Assembly (NCBI RefSeq): GCF_009914755.1
Contig: NC_060948.1
Direction: 5' to 3' (one strand)
Length of the DNA: 64,000 nt
DNA from: the human T2T-CHM13v2.0 reference genome, Homo sapiens
The notes beneath the pieces were generated by a model. The model worked only from the letters and a program-made list of their open reading frames with translations. It had not been told where the DNA came from and ran no database searches. Below are positions 25,801 to 39,154 of the stretch, piece by piece (position 1 is the first letter of the stretch; every line of letters starts with the position of its first letter). A program made the translations under genes and the position numbers.

Positions 25801-28050
25801 AAGTGAATAGAATCGAACTAAATCGAATGGAATGGAATTGATAGAAACGGAATGGAAAGGAATGCAATGATTTGGCATGGAATGGAATCGAATGGCATCG
25901 AATGGAATGGAATGGAATGCAATGGAATGGAACGTATTAGAATGTAATGAACTTTAATGGAATGTACTCGAATGGATTCGACTGGAATGGAATGTTCTGG
26001 AAGTGAATGGACTCCAATGGAATGGATTCAAAAGGAATGGAATCGTACGGAATGGAATCCAATGGAATGGAATTAAATGGAAATGAATCAAATTGAATAG
26101 CACGGAATTGAATTGAATGGAATGGAATGCAATGGAATCTAATGAAACGGAAAGGAAAGGAATGGAATGGAATGGAATGGGCTGGAATGGAAAGGAATCG
26201 AAACGAATGGAATGGAATCGAACTGAAGAGACTGGAATGGAATGCACTGGAATGGAAGGGAGTGTAATGGAAGGTTCTCGAAAAAAATGGAATCGAATGG
26301 AATGCAATTGAATGGAACGGAATAGAGTCGAATGGAATTGAATGGAATGGAATGGACTAGAGTGAAATGGAATCGAACCACAAGGAATGGACAGGAATAG
26401 AATGGTCTCGAATTGAATGGAATCGTATGGAATGGCATCAAACGGAATGGAATGGACAGCCACGGAATGGAATGCACTCGAATGCAATGGAGTCGAAACT
26501 AATGGACTGGAATAGAATGGACTCGACTGGTACAGACTCCAATGGAATGGAATCGAATGGAAGGGAATCGAACGGAAGGGAATCGAATGGAATGGACTCT
26601 AAGGGAAAAGACTGCAATGGAAAGGTCTCGAATGGAATGGAAATTAATGGAATGGAATGGAATCGAATGAAATAGAGTCAAAAGGAATGGAATCGAATGG
26701 CAAGAAATCGAATGTAATGGAATCGCAAGGAATTGATGTGAACGGAACGGAATGGAATGGAATCCAAAGGAATGGAATAGAATGGAATGGAATCGAATGG
26801 AAAGGACTCGAATGGAAATCACTCGAATAGAATGCAATTTAATAAAATAGGATCAAATGTAATGGAATGGAATGGAAAGGAATCGAAACAAAAGGAATGG
26901 AGACAGATGGAATGGAATGGAACAGAGAGCAATGGTATAGAACGGAATGGAATCATCTGGAATGGAATTGAATGGAATGGAATAATATGAAATGGAAAGG
27001 AATGGAATGGAATGCCCTTGAATTAAATGGACTGCAATGGAATGGACTCGAACAGAGTGGAATGGAAAGTGTTGAAATAGAATGGAATTGACTCGTTTGG
27101 AATGGTCTAGTATGCAATGCAATCGACTGGCAGGGAATCAAAAGGAATGTAATCGAATGGATTGGACTGGAATGCAATGGACTCGAATAGATTGGAAACG
27201 GAATGCAAAGGAATGGAATGGAATAGTATGGAATGGAATGGAAAGGAATGGAGTGGAATAGACTAGAGTGGAATGGAATGGACTTGAAAGCAATGGACTG
27301 GAATGGAACTTTCTTGAATGGACTGGAACCAAACGGAATGGAATGCAATGCAATCAAATGGCATGGAATAAGATAGAATGAAAGAGAATCAAATGGAATT
27401 GAATCGAATGGAATCGAATGGATTGGAAAGGAATAGAATGGAATGGAATGGAATTGACTCAAATGGAATGGACTAGAATGGAATGGATTTGAATGGAAGG
27501 CAAAGGAATGGAATCTATTGGAATGGACTGTAATGGAATGGAATGGAAGGGATTGGAATGGATTCGAATGGAATGGACTGCAATAGAAAGGATTCGAATG
27601 GAATGAAAAAGAATTGAATGGAATAGAACAGAATGGAATGAAATCGAATGAAATGGAATGGAATAGAAAGGAATGGAATGAAATGGAATGGAAAGGATTA
27701 GAATGGAATGCAATCGAATGGAATGGAATCGAACGGAATGGAATAAAATGGAAGAAAACTGGCAAGAAATGGAATCGAAATGAATGGAGTGTTATGGAAC
27801 GGACTCAAAAGGAATTGAATGTAATAGAATGGAGTTGAGTGGACTCGAATATAATGGACTGGAATGGAATGAAATCACATGGAATGGGAACGAATGGAAT
27901 GGAATGGAAAGGAATGGAATCGAATGGAAAGGAATCGAATGGAAGGGAATGAAATTGAATCAACAGGAATGGAAGGGAATAGAATAGACGGTAATGGAAT
28001 GGACTCGAATAGAATGGACACGAATGCTCAAATTGAATGGACTCGAATGG
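13830..28050 (+). repeat. Tandem duplication of a two-monomer block, 7107 bp period
   Basis: GGCC pairs 14964/22071 and 18507/25614. Shared private variants: extra GAATTC at 15115/22222, 1-bp deletion at ~15509/22616, 15-bp duplication at 19452/26559, GGAGTTGAG at ~20728/27835. Ends are bracketed at ~13620-14050 and ~27840-28270. Confidence 0.9.
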
Positions 28051-31000
28051 AATGGAAACGAAAGGAATGTCATCGAATGGAATTGAATCGATTGGAATGA
28101 AATCGCATAGAATGGAGTGGAATCAAATGGAATTGAATCGAAAGGAAAGGAAGCGAATGGACTGAAATGAAATGGAATGGAATTGAATGGAAAGTAATGC
28201 AATGGAATAGAATGGAACGAAATTTCACGGAATGGAATCAAACTGAATGGAATCAAATCAATGGAATCAAATCAAATGGAATGGAAAGGAATTGAATGGA
28301 GTAGATTGGATTGGATGGGATTGGAATGAAATGTACTGGAAAGGACTCGAATGTCATGAAACGGAATGGAATGAATTGGAACGGAATGGACTCGAATGGA
28401 ATGGAATGTCATGGAATGGCATGAAATGGAATGGCATCAAATGGAATGGAATCGAATGCAATGGAATGCTATGGAATGGAATGGAATGCATTGGAATGGA
28501 ATGTCCTCCAATGGAATGGATTCGAGTGGAATGGAATCGAATATAATGGAGTCGAATGAAATGGAATTGAAAGGAATGGGATCGAATACAATGGAATATA
28601 CTGGAATGTAATGTAATGAACGCGAATGTAATTGACTGGAATGGAATGTACATGAATGGAATGTAATCGAATGGAAAGTAATCCAATGGAATAGAATCTA
28701 ATGCAATAAAATCGACTCAGATAGTATAGAATGTAATGGAATGGAGTGCAGTGCAATGGAATGGAATGGAATGGAATGCAATGGAATGGAATGGAATGGA
28801 ATGGAATGGAATGGAATGGAATGGGATGGAATGGTATGGAATGGATAGTAATGGAGTGGAATGAAATGGACTGGAAAAGAATGGACTCAAATTGAAAGGG
28901 CTCGAAAGGAATGGAGTCAAATGGAATGGTCTGGAATGGAATGAACACGCATGTAATGCAATCCAATAGAATGGAATCGAATGGCATGGAATATAAAGAA
29001 ATGGAATCGAAGAGAATGGAAACAAATGGAATGGAATTGAATGGAATGCAATTGAATGGAATGGGAACGAATGGAGTGAAATTGTATGCAGTAGAAGAGA
29101 ATAGAATGGAATGCAAGCGAAAGGAAAGGAATGGATTGCAATGGAATGGAATTCATTGGAATGGAAGGGAATGTAGTGTAATGGACAGGCCTGGAATAAA
29201 GTGGAATGCTACGGTCTCGAATGGAATAAAAATGTATGGAATGGAATGCAATGAAACGGAATCGAATGTCATGGAATGTAATGGAATGCAAAAAAATGGA
29301 ATCCAAAATCATTGACTGGAAAGGCTGGGTGTCGAAAGGAATTGACTCCAATGGAATGGAATCGAATGGAATGGAAGTGAATAGAATCGAAATAAATCGA
29401 ATGGAATGGAATTGATAGGAACGGAATGGAAAGGAATGCAATGATTTGGCATGGAATGGAATCGAATGGCATCGAATGGAATGGAATGGAATGCAATGGA
29501 ATGGAATGTATTAGAATGTAATGAACATTAATGGAATGTACTCGATTGGATTCGACTGGAATGGAATGTTCTGGAAGTGAATGGACTCCAATGGAATGGA
29601 TTCGAATGGAATGGAATCGAACGGAATGGAATCTAATGGAATGGAATTAAATGGAAATGAATCAAATTGAATAGCACGGAATTGAATTGAATGGAATCGA
29701 ATGCAATGGAATCTAATGAAACGGAAAGGAAAGGAATGCAATGGAATGGAATGGGCTGGAATGGAAAGGAATCGAAACGAATGGAATGGAATCGAACTGA
29801 AGAGACTGGAATGGAATGCACTGGAATGGAAGGGAGTGTAATGGAAGGTTCTCGAAAAAAATGGAATCGAATGGAATGGAATTGAATGGAACGGAATAGA
29901 GTCGCATGGAATTGAATGGAATGGAATGGACTAGAGTGAAATGGAATCGAACGAAAAGGAATGGACAGGAATAGAATGGTCTCGAATTGAATGGAATCGT
30001 ATGGAATGGCATCAAACGGAATGGAATGGACAGCCACGGAATGGAATGCACTCGAATGCAATGGAGTCGAAACTAATGGACTGGAATAGAATGGACTCGA
30101 CTGGTACGGACTCCAATGGAATGGAATCGAATGGAAGGGAATCGAACGGAATGGACTCGAAGGGAAAAGACTGCAATGGAAAGGTCTCGAATGGAATGGA
30201 AATTAATGGAATGGAATGGAATCGAATGAAATGGAGTCAAAAGGAATGGAATCGAATGGCAAGAAATCGAATGTAATGGAATCGCAAGGAATTGATGTGA
30301 ACGGAACGGAATGGAATGGAATCCAAAGGAATGGAATAGAATGGAATGGAATCGAATGGAAAGGACTCGAATGGAAATCACTCGAATAGAATGCAATTTA
30401 ATAAAATAGGATCAAATGTAATAGAATGGAATGGAAAGGAATCGAAACGGAAGGAATGGAGACAGATGGAATGGAATGGAACAGAGAGCAATGGTATAGA
30501 ATGGAATGGAATCATCTGGAATGGAATTGAATGGAATGGAATGATATGAAATGGAATGGAATGGAATGGAATGGAATGCCCTTGAATTAAATGGACTGGA
30601 CTCGAACAGAGTGGAATGGAAAGTGTTGAGATAGAATGGAATGGACTCCTTTGGAATGGTGTAGTATGCAATGCAATCGACTGGCAGGGAATCAAAAGGA
30701 ATGTAATCGAATGGATTGGACTGGAATGCAATGGACTCGAATAGATTGGAAACGGAATGCAAAGGATTGGAATGGAATAGTATGGAATGCAATGGAAGGG
30801 AATGGAGTGGAATAGACTAGAGTGGAATGGAATGGACTGGAAAGCAATGGACTGGAATGGAACTTTCTTGGATGGACTGGAATCAAACGGAATGGAATGC
30901 AATGCAATCAAATGGCATGGAATAAAATAGAATGAAAGAGAATCAAATGGAATTGAATCGAATGGAATCGAATGGATTGGAAAGGAATAGAATGGAATGG

Positions 31001-34000
31001 AATGGAATTGACTCAAATGGAATGGACTAGAATGGAATGGATTCGAATGGAAGGCAAAGGAATGGAATCTATTGGAATGGACTGTAATGGAATGGAATGG
31101 AAGGGATTGGAATGGACTCGAATGGAATGGACTGCAATAGAAAGGATTCGAATGGAATGAAAAAGAATTGAATGGAATAGAACAGAATGGAATCAAATCG
31201 AATGAAATGGAATGGAATAGAAAGGAATGGAATGAAATGGAATGGAAAGGATTCGAATGGAATGCAATCGAATGGAATGGAATCGAACGGAATGGAATAA
31301 AATGGAAGAAAACTGGCAAGAAATGGAATCGAAATGAATGGAGTGTTATGGAACGGACTCAAAAGGAATTGAATGTAATAGAATGGAGTGGAGTGGACTC
31401 GAATATAATGGACTGGAATGGAATGAAATCACATGGAATGGGAACGAATGGAATGGAACGGAAAGGAATGGAATCGAATGGAAAGGAATCGAATGGAAGG
31501 GAATGAAATTGAATCAACAGGAATGGAAGGGAATAGAATAGACTGTAATAGAATGGACTCGAATAGAATGGACACGAATGCTCAAATTAAATGGACTCGA
31601 ATGGAATGGAAACGAAAGGAATGTCATCGAATGGAATTGAATCGATTGGAATGAAATCGCATAGAATGGAGTGGAATCAAATGGAATTGAATCGAAAGGA
31701 AAGGAAGCGAATGGACTGAAATGAAATGGAATGGAATTGAATGGAAAGTAATGCAATGGAATAGAATGGAACGAAATTTCACGGAATGGAATCAAACTGA
31801 ATGGAATCAAATCAATGGAATCAAATCAAATGGAATGGAAAGGAATTGAATGGAGTAGATGGGATTGGATGGGATTGGAATGAAATGTACTGGAAAGGAC
31901 TCGAATTTCATGAAACGGAATGGAATGAATTGGAACGGAATGGACTCGAATGGAATGGAATGTCATGGAATGGCATCAAATGGAATGGCATCAAATGGAA
32001 TGGAATCGAATGCAATGGAATGCTATGGAATGGAATGGAATGCATTGGAATGGAATGTCCTCTAATGGAATGGATTCGAGTGGAATGGAATTGAATATAA
32101 TGGAGTCGAATGAAATGGAATTGAAAGCAATGGGATCGAATACAATGGAATATACTGGAATGTAACGTAATGAACTCGAATGTAATTGCCTGGAATGGAA
32201 TGTACATGAATGGAATGTAATCGAATGGAAAGTAATCCAATGGAATAGAATCTAATGCAATAAAATCGACTCAGATAGAGTAGAATGTAATGGAATGGAG
32301 TGCAGTGCAATGGAATGGAATGGAATGGAATGCAATGGAATGGAATGGAATGGAATGGAATGGGATGGAATGGTATGGAATGGATAGTAATGGACTGGAG
32401 TGAAATGGACTGGAAAGGAATGGACTCAAATTGAAAGGGCTCGAAAGGAATGGAGACAAATGGAATGGTCTGGAATGGAATGAACACGAATGTAATGCAA
32501 TCCAATAGAATGGAGTCGAATGGCATGGAATATAAAGAAATGGAATCGAAGAGAATGGAAACAAATGGAATGGAATTGAATGGAATGGAATTGAATGGAA
32601 TGGGAACGAATGGAGTGAAATTGTATGCAGTAGAAGAGAATAGAATGGAATGCAAGCGAAAGGAAAGGAATGGATTGGAATGGAATGGAATTCATTGGAA
32701 TGGAAGGGAATGTAGTGTAATGGACAGGCCTGGAATAAAGTGGAATGCTACGGTCTCGAATGGAATAAAAATGTATGGAATGGAATGCAATGAAACGGAA
32801 TCGAATGTCATAGAATGTAATGGAATGCAACAAAATGGAATCCAAAATCATTGACTGGAAAGGCTGGGTGTCGAAAGGAATTGACTCCAATGGAATGGAA
32901 TCGAATGGAATGGAAGTGAATAGAATCGAACTAAATCGAATGGAATGGAATTGATAGGAACGGAATGGAAAGGAATGCAATGATTTGGCATGGAATGGAA
33001 TCGAATGGCATCGAATGGAATGGAATGGAATGCAATGGAATGGAATGTATTAGAATATAATGAACTTTAATGGAATGTACTCGAATGGATTCGACTGGAA
33101 TGGAATGTTCTGGAAGTGAATGGACTCCAATGGAATGGATTCAAAAGGAATGGAATCGTACGGAATGGAATCTAATGGAATGGAATTAAATGGAAATGAA
33201 TCAAATTGAATAGCACGGAATTGAATTGAATGGAATCGAATGAAATGGAATCTAATGAAACGGAAAGGAAAGGAATGCAATGGAATGGAATGGGCTGGAA
33301 TGGAAAGGAATCGAAACGAATGGAATGGAATCGAACTGAAGAGACTGGAATGGAATGCACTGGAATGGAAGGGAGTGTAATGGAAGGTTCTCGAAAAAAA
33401 TGGAATCGAATGGAATGGAATTGAATGGAACGGAATAGAGTCGAATGGAATTGAATGGAATGGAATGGACTAGAGTGAAATGGAATCGAACCACAAGGGA
33501 TGGACAGGAATAGAATGGTCTCGAATTGAATGGAATCGTATGGAATGGCATCAAACGGAATGGAATGGACAGCCACGGAATGGAATGCACTCGAATGCAA
33601 TGGAGTCGAAACTAATGGACTGGAATAGAATGGACTCGACTGGTACGGACTCCAATGGAATGGAATCGAATGGAAGGGAATCGAACGGAATGGACTCGAA
33701 GGGAAAAGACTGCAATGGAAAGGTCTCGAATGGAATGGAAATTAATGGAATGGAATGGAATCGAATGAAATGGAGTCAAAAGGAATGGAATCGAATGGCA
33801 AGAAATCGAATGTAATGGAATCGCAAGGAATTGATGTGAACGGAACGGAATGGAATGGAATCCAAAGGAATGGAATAGAATGGAATGGAATCGAATGGAA
33901 AGGACTCGAATGGAAATCACTCGAATAGAATGCAATTTAATAAAATAGGATCAAATGAAATGGAATGGAATGGAAAGGAATCGAAACGAAAGGAATGGAG

Positions 34001-37000
34001 ACAGATGGAATGGAATGGAAGAGAGAGCAATGGTATAGAATGGAATGGAATCATCTAGAATGGAATTGAATGGAATGGAATAATATGAAGTGGAATGGAA
34101 TGGAATGGAATGGAATGCCCTTGAATTAAATGGACTGGACTCGAACAGAGTGGAATGGAAAGTGTTGAGATAGAATGTAATGGACTCCTTTGGAATGGTC
34201 TAGTATGCAATGCAATCGACTGGCAGGGAATCAAAAGGAATGTAATGGAATGGATTGGACTGGAATGCGATGGACTCGAATAGATTGGAAACGGAATGCA
34301 AAGGAATGGAATGGAATAGTATGGAATGGAATGGAAAGGAATGGAGTGGAATAGACTAGAGTGGAATGGAATGGACTGGAAAGCAATGGACTTCAATGGA
34401 AGATTCTTGAATGGACTGGAATCAAACGGAATGGAATGCAATGCAATCAAATGGCATGGAATAAAATAGAATGAAAGAGAATCAAATGGAATTGAATCGA
34501 ATGGAATCGAATGGATTGGAAAGGAATAGAATGGAATGGAATGGAATTGACTCAAATGGAATGGACTAGAATGGAATGGATTCGAATGGAAGGCAAAGGA
34601 ATGGAATCTATTGGAATGGACTGTAATGGAATTGAATGGAAAGGATTGGAATGGACTCGAATGGAATGGACTGCAATAGAAAGGATTCGAATGGAATGAA
34701 AAAGAATTGAATGGAATAGAACAGAATGGAATCAAATCGAATGAAATGGAATGGAATAGAAAGGAATGGAATGAAATGGAATGGAAAGGATTCGAATGGA
34801 ATGTAATCGAATGGAATGGAATCGAACGGAATGGAATAAAATGGAAGAAAACTGGCAAGAAATGGAATCGAAATGAATGGAGTGTTATGGAACGGACTCA
34901 AAAGGAATTGAATGTAATAGAATGGAGTGGAGTGGACTCGAATATAATGGACTGGAATGGAATGAAATCACATGGAATGGGAACGAATGGAATGGAATGG
35001 AAAGGAATGGAATCGAATGGAAAGGAATCGAATGGAAGGGAATGAAACTGAATCAACAGGAATGGAAGGGAATAGAATAGACGGTAATGGAATGGACTCG
35101 AATAGAATGGACACGAATGCTCAAATTGAATGGACTCGAATGGAATGGAAACGAAAGGAATGTCATCGAATGGAATTGAATCGATTGGAATGAAATCGCA
35201 TAGAATGGAGTGGAATCAAATGGAATTGAATCGAAAGGAAAGGAAGCGAATGGACTGAAATGAAATGGAATGGAATTGAATGGAAAGTAATGCAATGGAA
35301 TAGAATGGAACGAAATTTCACGGAATGGAATCAAACTGAATGGAATCAAATCAATGGAATCAAATCAAATGGAATGGAAAGGAATTGAATGGAGTAGATT
35401 GGATTGGATGGGATTGGAATGAAATGTACTGGAAAGGACTCGAATTTCATGAAACGGAATGGAATGAATTGGAACGGAATGGACTCGAATGGAATGGAAT
35501 GTCATGGAATGGCATCAAATGGAATGGCATCAAATGGAATGGAATCGAATGCAATGGAATGCTATGGAATGGAATGGAATGCATTGGAATGGAATGTCCT
35601 CTAATGGAATGGATTCGAGTGGAATGGAATCGAATATAATGGAGTCGAATGAAATGGAATTGAAAGGAATGGGATCGAATACAATGGAATATACTGGAAT
35701 GTAACGTAATGAACTCGAATGTAATTGACTGGAATGGAATGTACATGAATGGAATGTAATCGAATGGAAAGTAATCCAATGGAATAGAATCTAATGCAAT
35801 AAAATCGACTCAGATAGAGTAGAATGTAATGGAATGGAGTGCAGTGCAATGGAATGGAATGGAATGGAATGCAATGGAATGGAATGGAATGGGATGGAAT
35901 GGAATGGAATGGAATGGAATGGGATGGAATTGTATGGAATGGATAGGAATGGACTGGAGTGAAATGGACTGGAAAGGAATGGACTCAAATTGAAAGGGCT
36001 CGAAAGGAATGGAGTCAAATGGAATGGTCTGGAATGGAATGAACACGAATGTAATGCAACCTAATAGAATGGAATCGAATGGCATGGAATATAAAGAAAT
36101 GGAATCGAAGAGAATGGAAACAAATGGAATGGAATTGAATGGAATGGAATTGAATGGAATGGGAACGAATGGAGTGAAATTGTATGCAGTAGAAGAGAAT
36201 AGAATGGAATGCAAGCGAAAGGAAAGGAATGGATTGGAATGGAATGGAATTCATTGGAATGGAAGGGAATGTAGTGTAATGGACAGGCCTGGAATAAAGT
36301 GGAATGCTACGGTCTCGAATGGAATAAAAATGTATGGAATGGAATTCAATGAAACGGAATCGAATGTCATAGAATGTAATGGAATGCAAAAAAATGGAAT
36401 CCAAAATCATTGACTGGAAAGGCTGGGTGTCGAAAGGAATTGACTCCAATGGAATGGAATCGAATGGAATGGAAGTGAATAGAATCGAACTAAATCGAAT
36501 GGAATGGAATTGATAGGAACGGAATGGAAAGGAATGCAATGATTTGGCATGGAATGGAATCGAATGGCATCGAATGGAATGGAATGGAATGCAATGGAAT
36601 GGAATGTATTAGAATGTAATGAACTTTAATGGAATGTACTCGAATGGATTCGACTGGAATGGAATGTTCTGGAAGTGAATGGACTCCAATGGAATGGATT
36701 CAAAAGGAATGGAATCGTACGGAATGGAATCTAATGGAATGGAATTAAATGGAAATGAATCAAATTGAATAGCACGGAATTGAATTGAATGGAATGGAAT
36801 GCAATGGAATCTAATGAAACGGAAAGGAAAGGAATGGAATGGAATGGAATGGGCTGGAATGGAAAGGAATCGAAACGAATGGAATGGAATCGAACTGAAG
36901 AGACTGGAATGGAATGCACTGGAATGGAAGGGAGTGTAATGGAAGGTTCTCGAAAAAAATGGAATCGAATGGAATGCAATTGAATGGAACGGAATAGAGT

Positions 37001-39154
37001 CGAATGGAATTGAATGGAATGGAATGGACTAGAGTGAAATGGAATCGAACCACAAGGAATGGACAGGAATAGAATGGTCTCGAATTGAATGGAATCGTAT
37101 GGAATGGCATCAAACGGAATGGAATGGACAGCCACGGAATGGAATGCACTCGAATGCAATGGAGTCGAAACTAATGGACTGGAATAGAATGGACTCGACT
37201 GGTACGGACTCCAATGGAATGGAATCGAATGGAAGGGAATCGAACGGAATGGACTCGAAGGGAAAAGACTGCAATGGAAAGGTCTCGAATGGAATGGAAA
37301 TTAATGGAATGGAATGGAATCGAATGAAATGGAGTCAAAAGGAATGGAATCGAATGGCAAGAAATCGAATGTAATGGAATCGCAAGGAATTGATGTGAAC
37401 GGAACGGAATGGAATGGAATCCAAAGGAATGGAATAGAATGGAATGGAATCGAATGGAAAGGACTCGAATGGAAATCACTCGAATAGAATGCAATTTAAT
37501 GAAATAGGATCAAATGAAATGGAATGGAATGGAAAGGAATCGAAACGAAAGGAATGGAGACAGATGGAATGGAATGGAAGAGAGAGCAATGGTATAGAAT
37601 GGAATGGAATCATCTAGAATGTAATTGAATGGAATGGAATAATATGAAGTGGAATGGAATGGAATGGAATGGAATGACCTTGAATTAAATGGACTGGACT
37701 CGAACAGAGTGGAATGGAAAGTGTTGAGATAGAATGGAATGGACTCCTTTGGAATGGTGTAGTATGCAATGCAATCGACTGACAGGGAATCAAAAGGAAT
37801 GTAATCGAATGGATTGGACTGGAATGCAATGGACTCGAATAGATTGGAAACGGAATGCAAAGGAATGGAATGGAATAGTATGGAATGGAATGGAAAGGAA
37901 TGGAGTGGAATAGACTAGAGTGGAATGGAATGGACTCGAAAGCAATGGACTGGAATGGAACTTTCTTGAATGGACTGGAACCAAACGGAATGGAATGCAA
38001 TGCAATCAAATGGCATGGAATAAGATAGAATGAAAGAGAATCAAATGGAATTGAATGGAATTTAATCGAATGGATTGGAAAGGAATAGAATGGAATGGAA
38101 TGGAATTGACTCAAATGGAATGGACTAGAATGGAATGGATTCGAATGGAAGGCAAAGGAATGGAATCTATTGGAATGGACTGTAATGGAATGCAATGGAA
38201 GGGATTGGAATGGACTCGAATGGAATGGACTGCAATAGAAAGGATTCGAATGGAATGAAAAAGAATTGAATGGAATAGAACAGAATGGAATCAAATCGAA
38301 TGAAATGGAATGGAATAGAAAGGAATGGAATGAAATGGAATGGAAAGGATTCGAATGGAATGCAATCGAATGGAATGGAATCGAACGGAATGGAATAAAA
38401 TGGAAGAAAACTGGCAAGAAATGGAATCGAAATGAATGTAGTGTTATGGAACGGACTCAAAAGGAATTGAATGTAATAGAATGGAGTGGAGTGGACTCGA
38501 ATATAATGGACTGGAATGGAATGAAATCACATGGAAAGGGAAAGAATGGAATGGAATGGAAAGGAATGGAATTGAATGGAAAGGAATCGAACGGAAGGGA
38601 ATGAAATTGAATCAACAGGAATGGAAGGGAATAGAATAGACGGTAATGGAATGGACTCGAATAGAATGGACACGAATGCTCAAATTGAATGGACTCGAAT
38701 GGAATGGATACGAAAGGAATGTCATCGAATGGAATTGAATCGATTGGAATGAAATTGCATAGAATGGAGTGGAATCAAATGGAATTGAATCGAAAGGAAA
38801 GGAAGCGAATGGACTGAAATGAAATGGAATGGAATTGAATGGAAAGTAATGCAATGGAATAGAATGGAACGAAATTTCACGGAATGGAATCAAACTGAAT
38901 GGAATCAAATCAATGGAATCAAATCAAATGGAATGGAAAGGAATTGAATGGAGTAGATGGGATTGGATGGGATTGGAATGAAATGTACTGGAAAGGACTC
39001 GAATTTCATGAAACGGAATGGAATGAATTGGAACGGAATGGACACGAATGGAATGGAATGTCATGGAATGGCATCAAATGGAATGGCATCAAATGGAATG
39101 GAATCGAATGCAATGGAATGCTATGGAATGGAATGGAATGCATTGGAATGGAAT

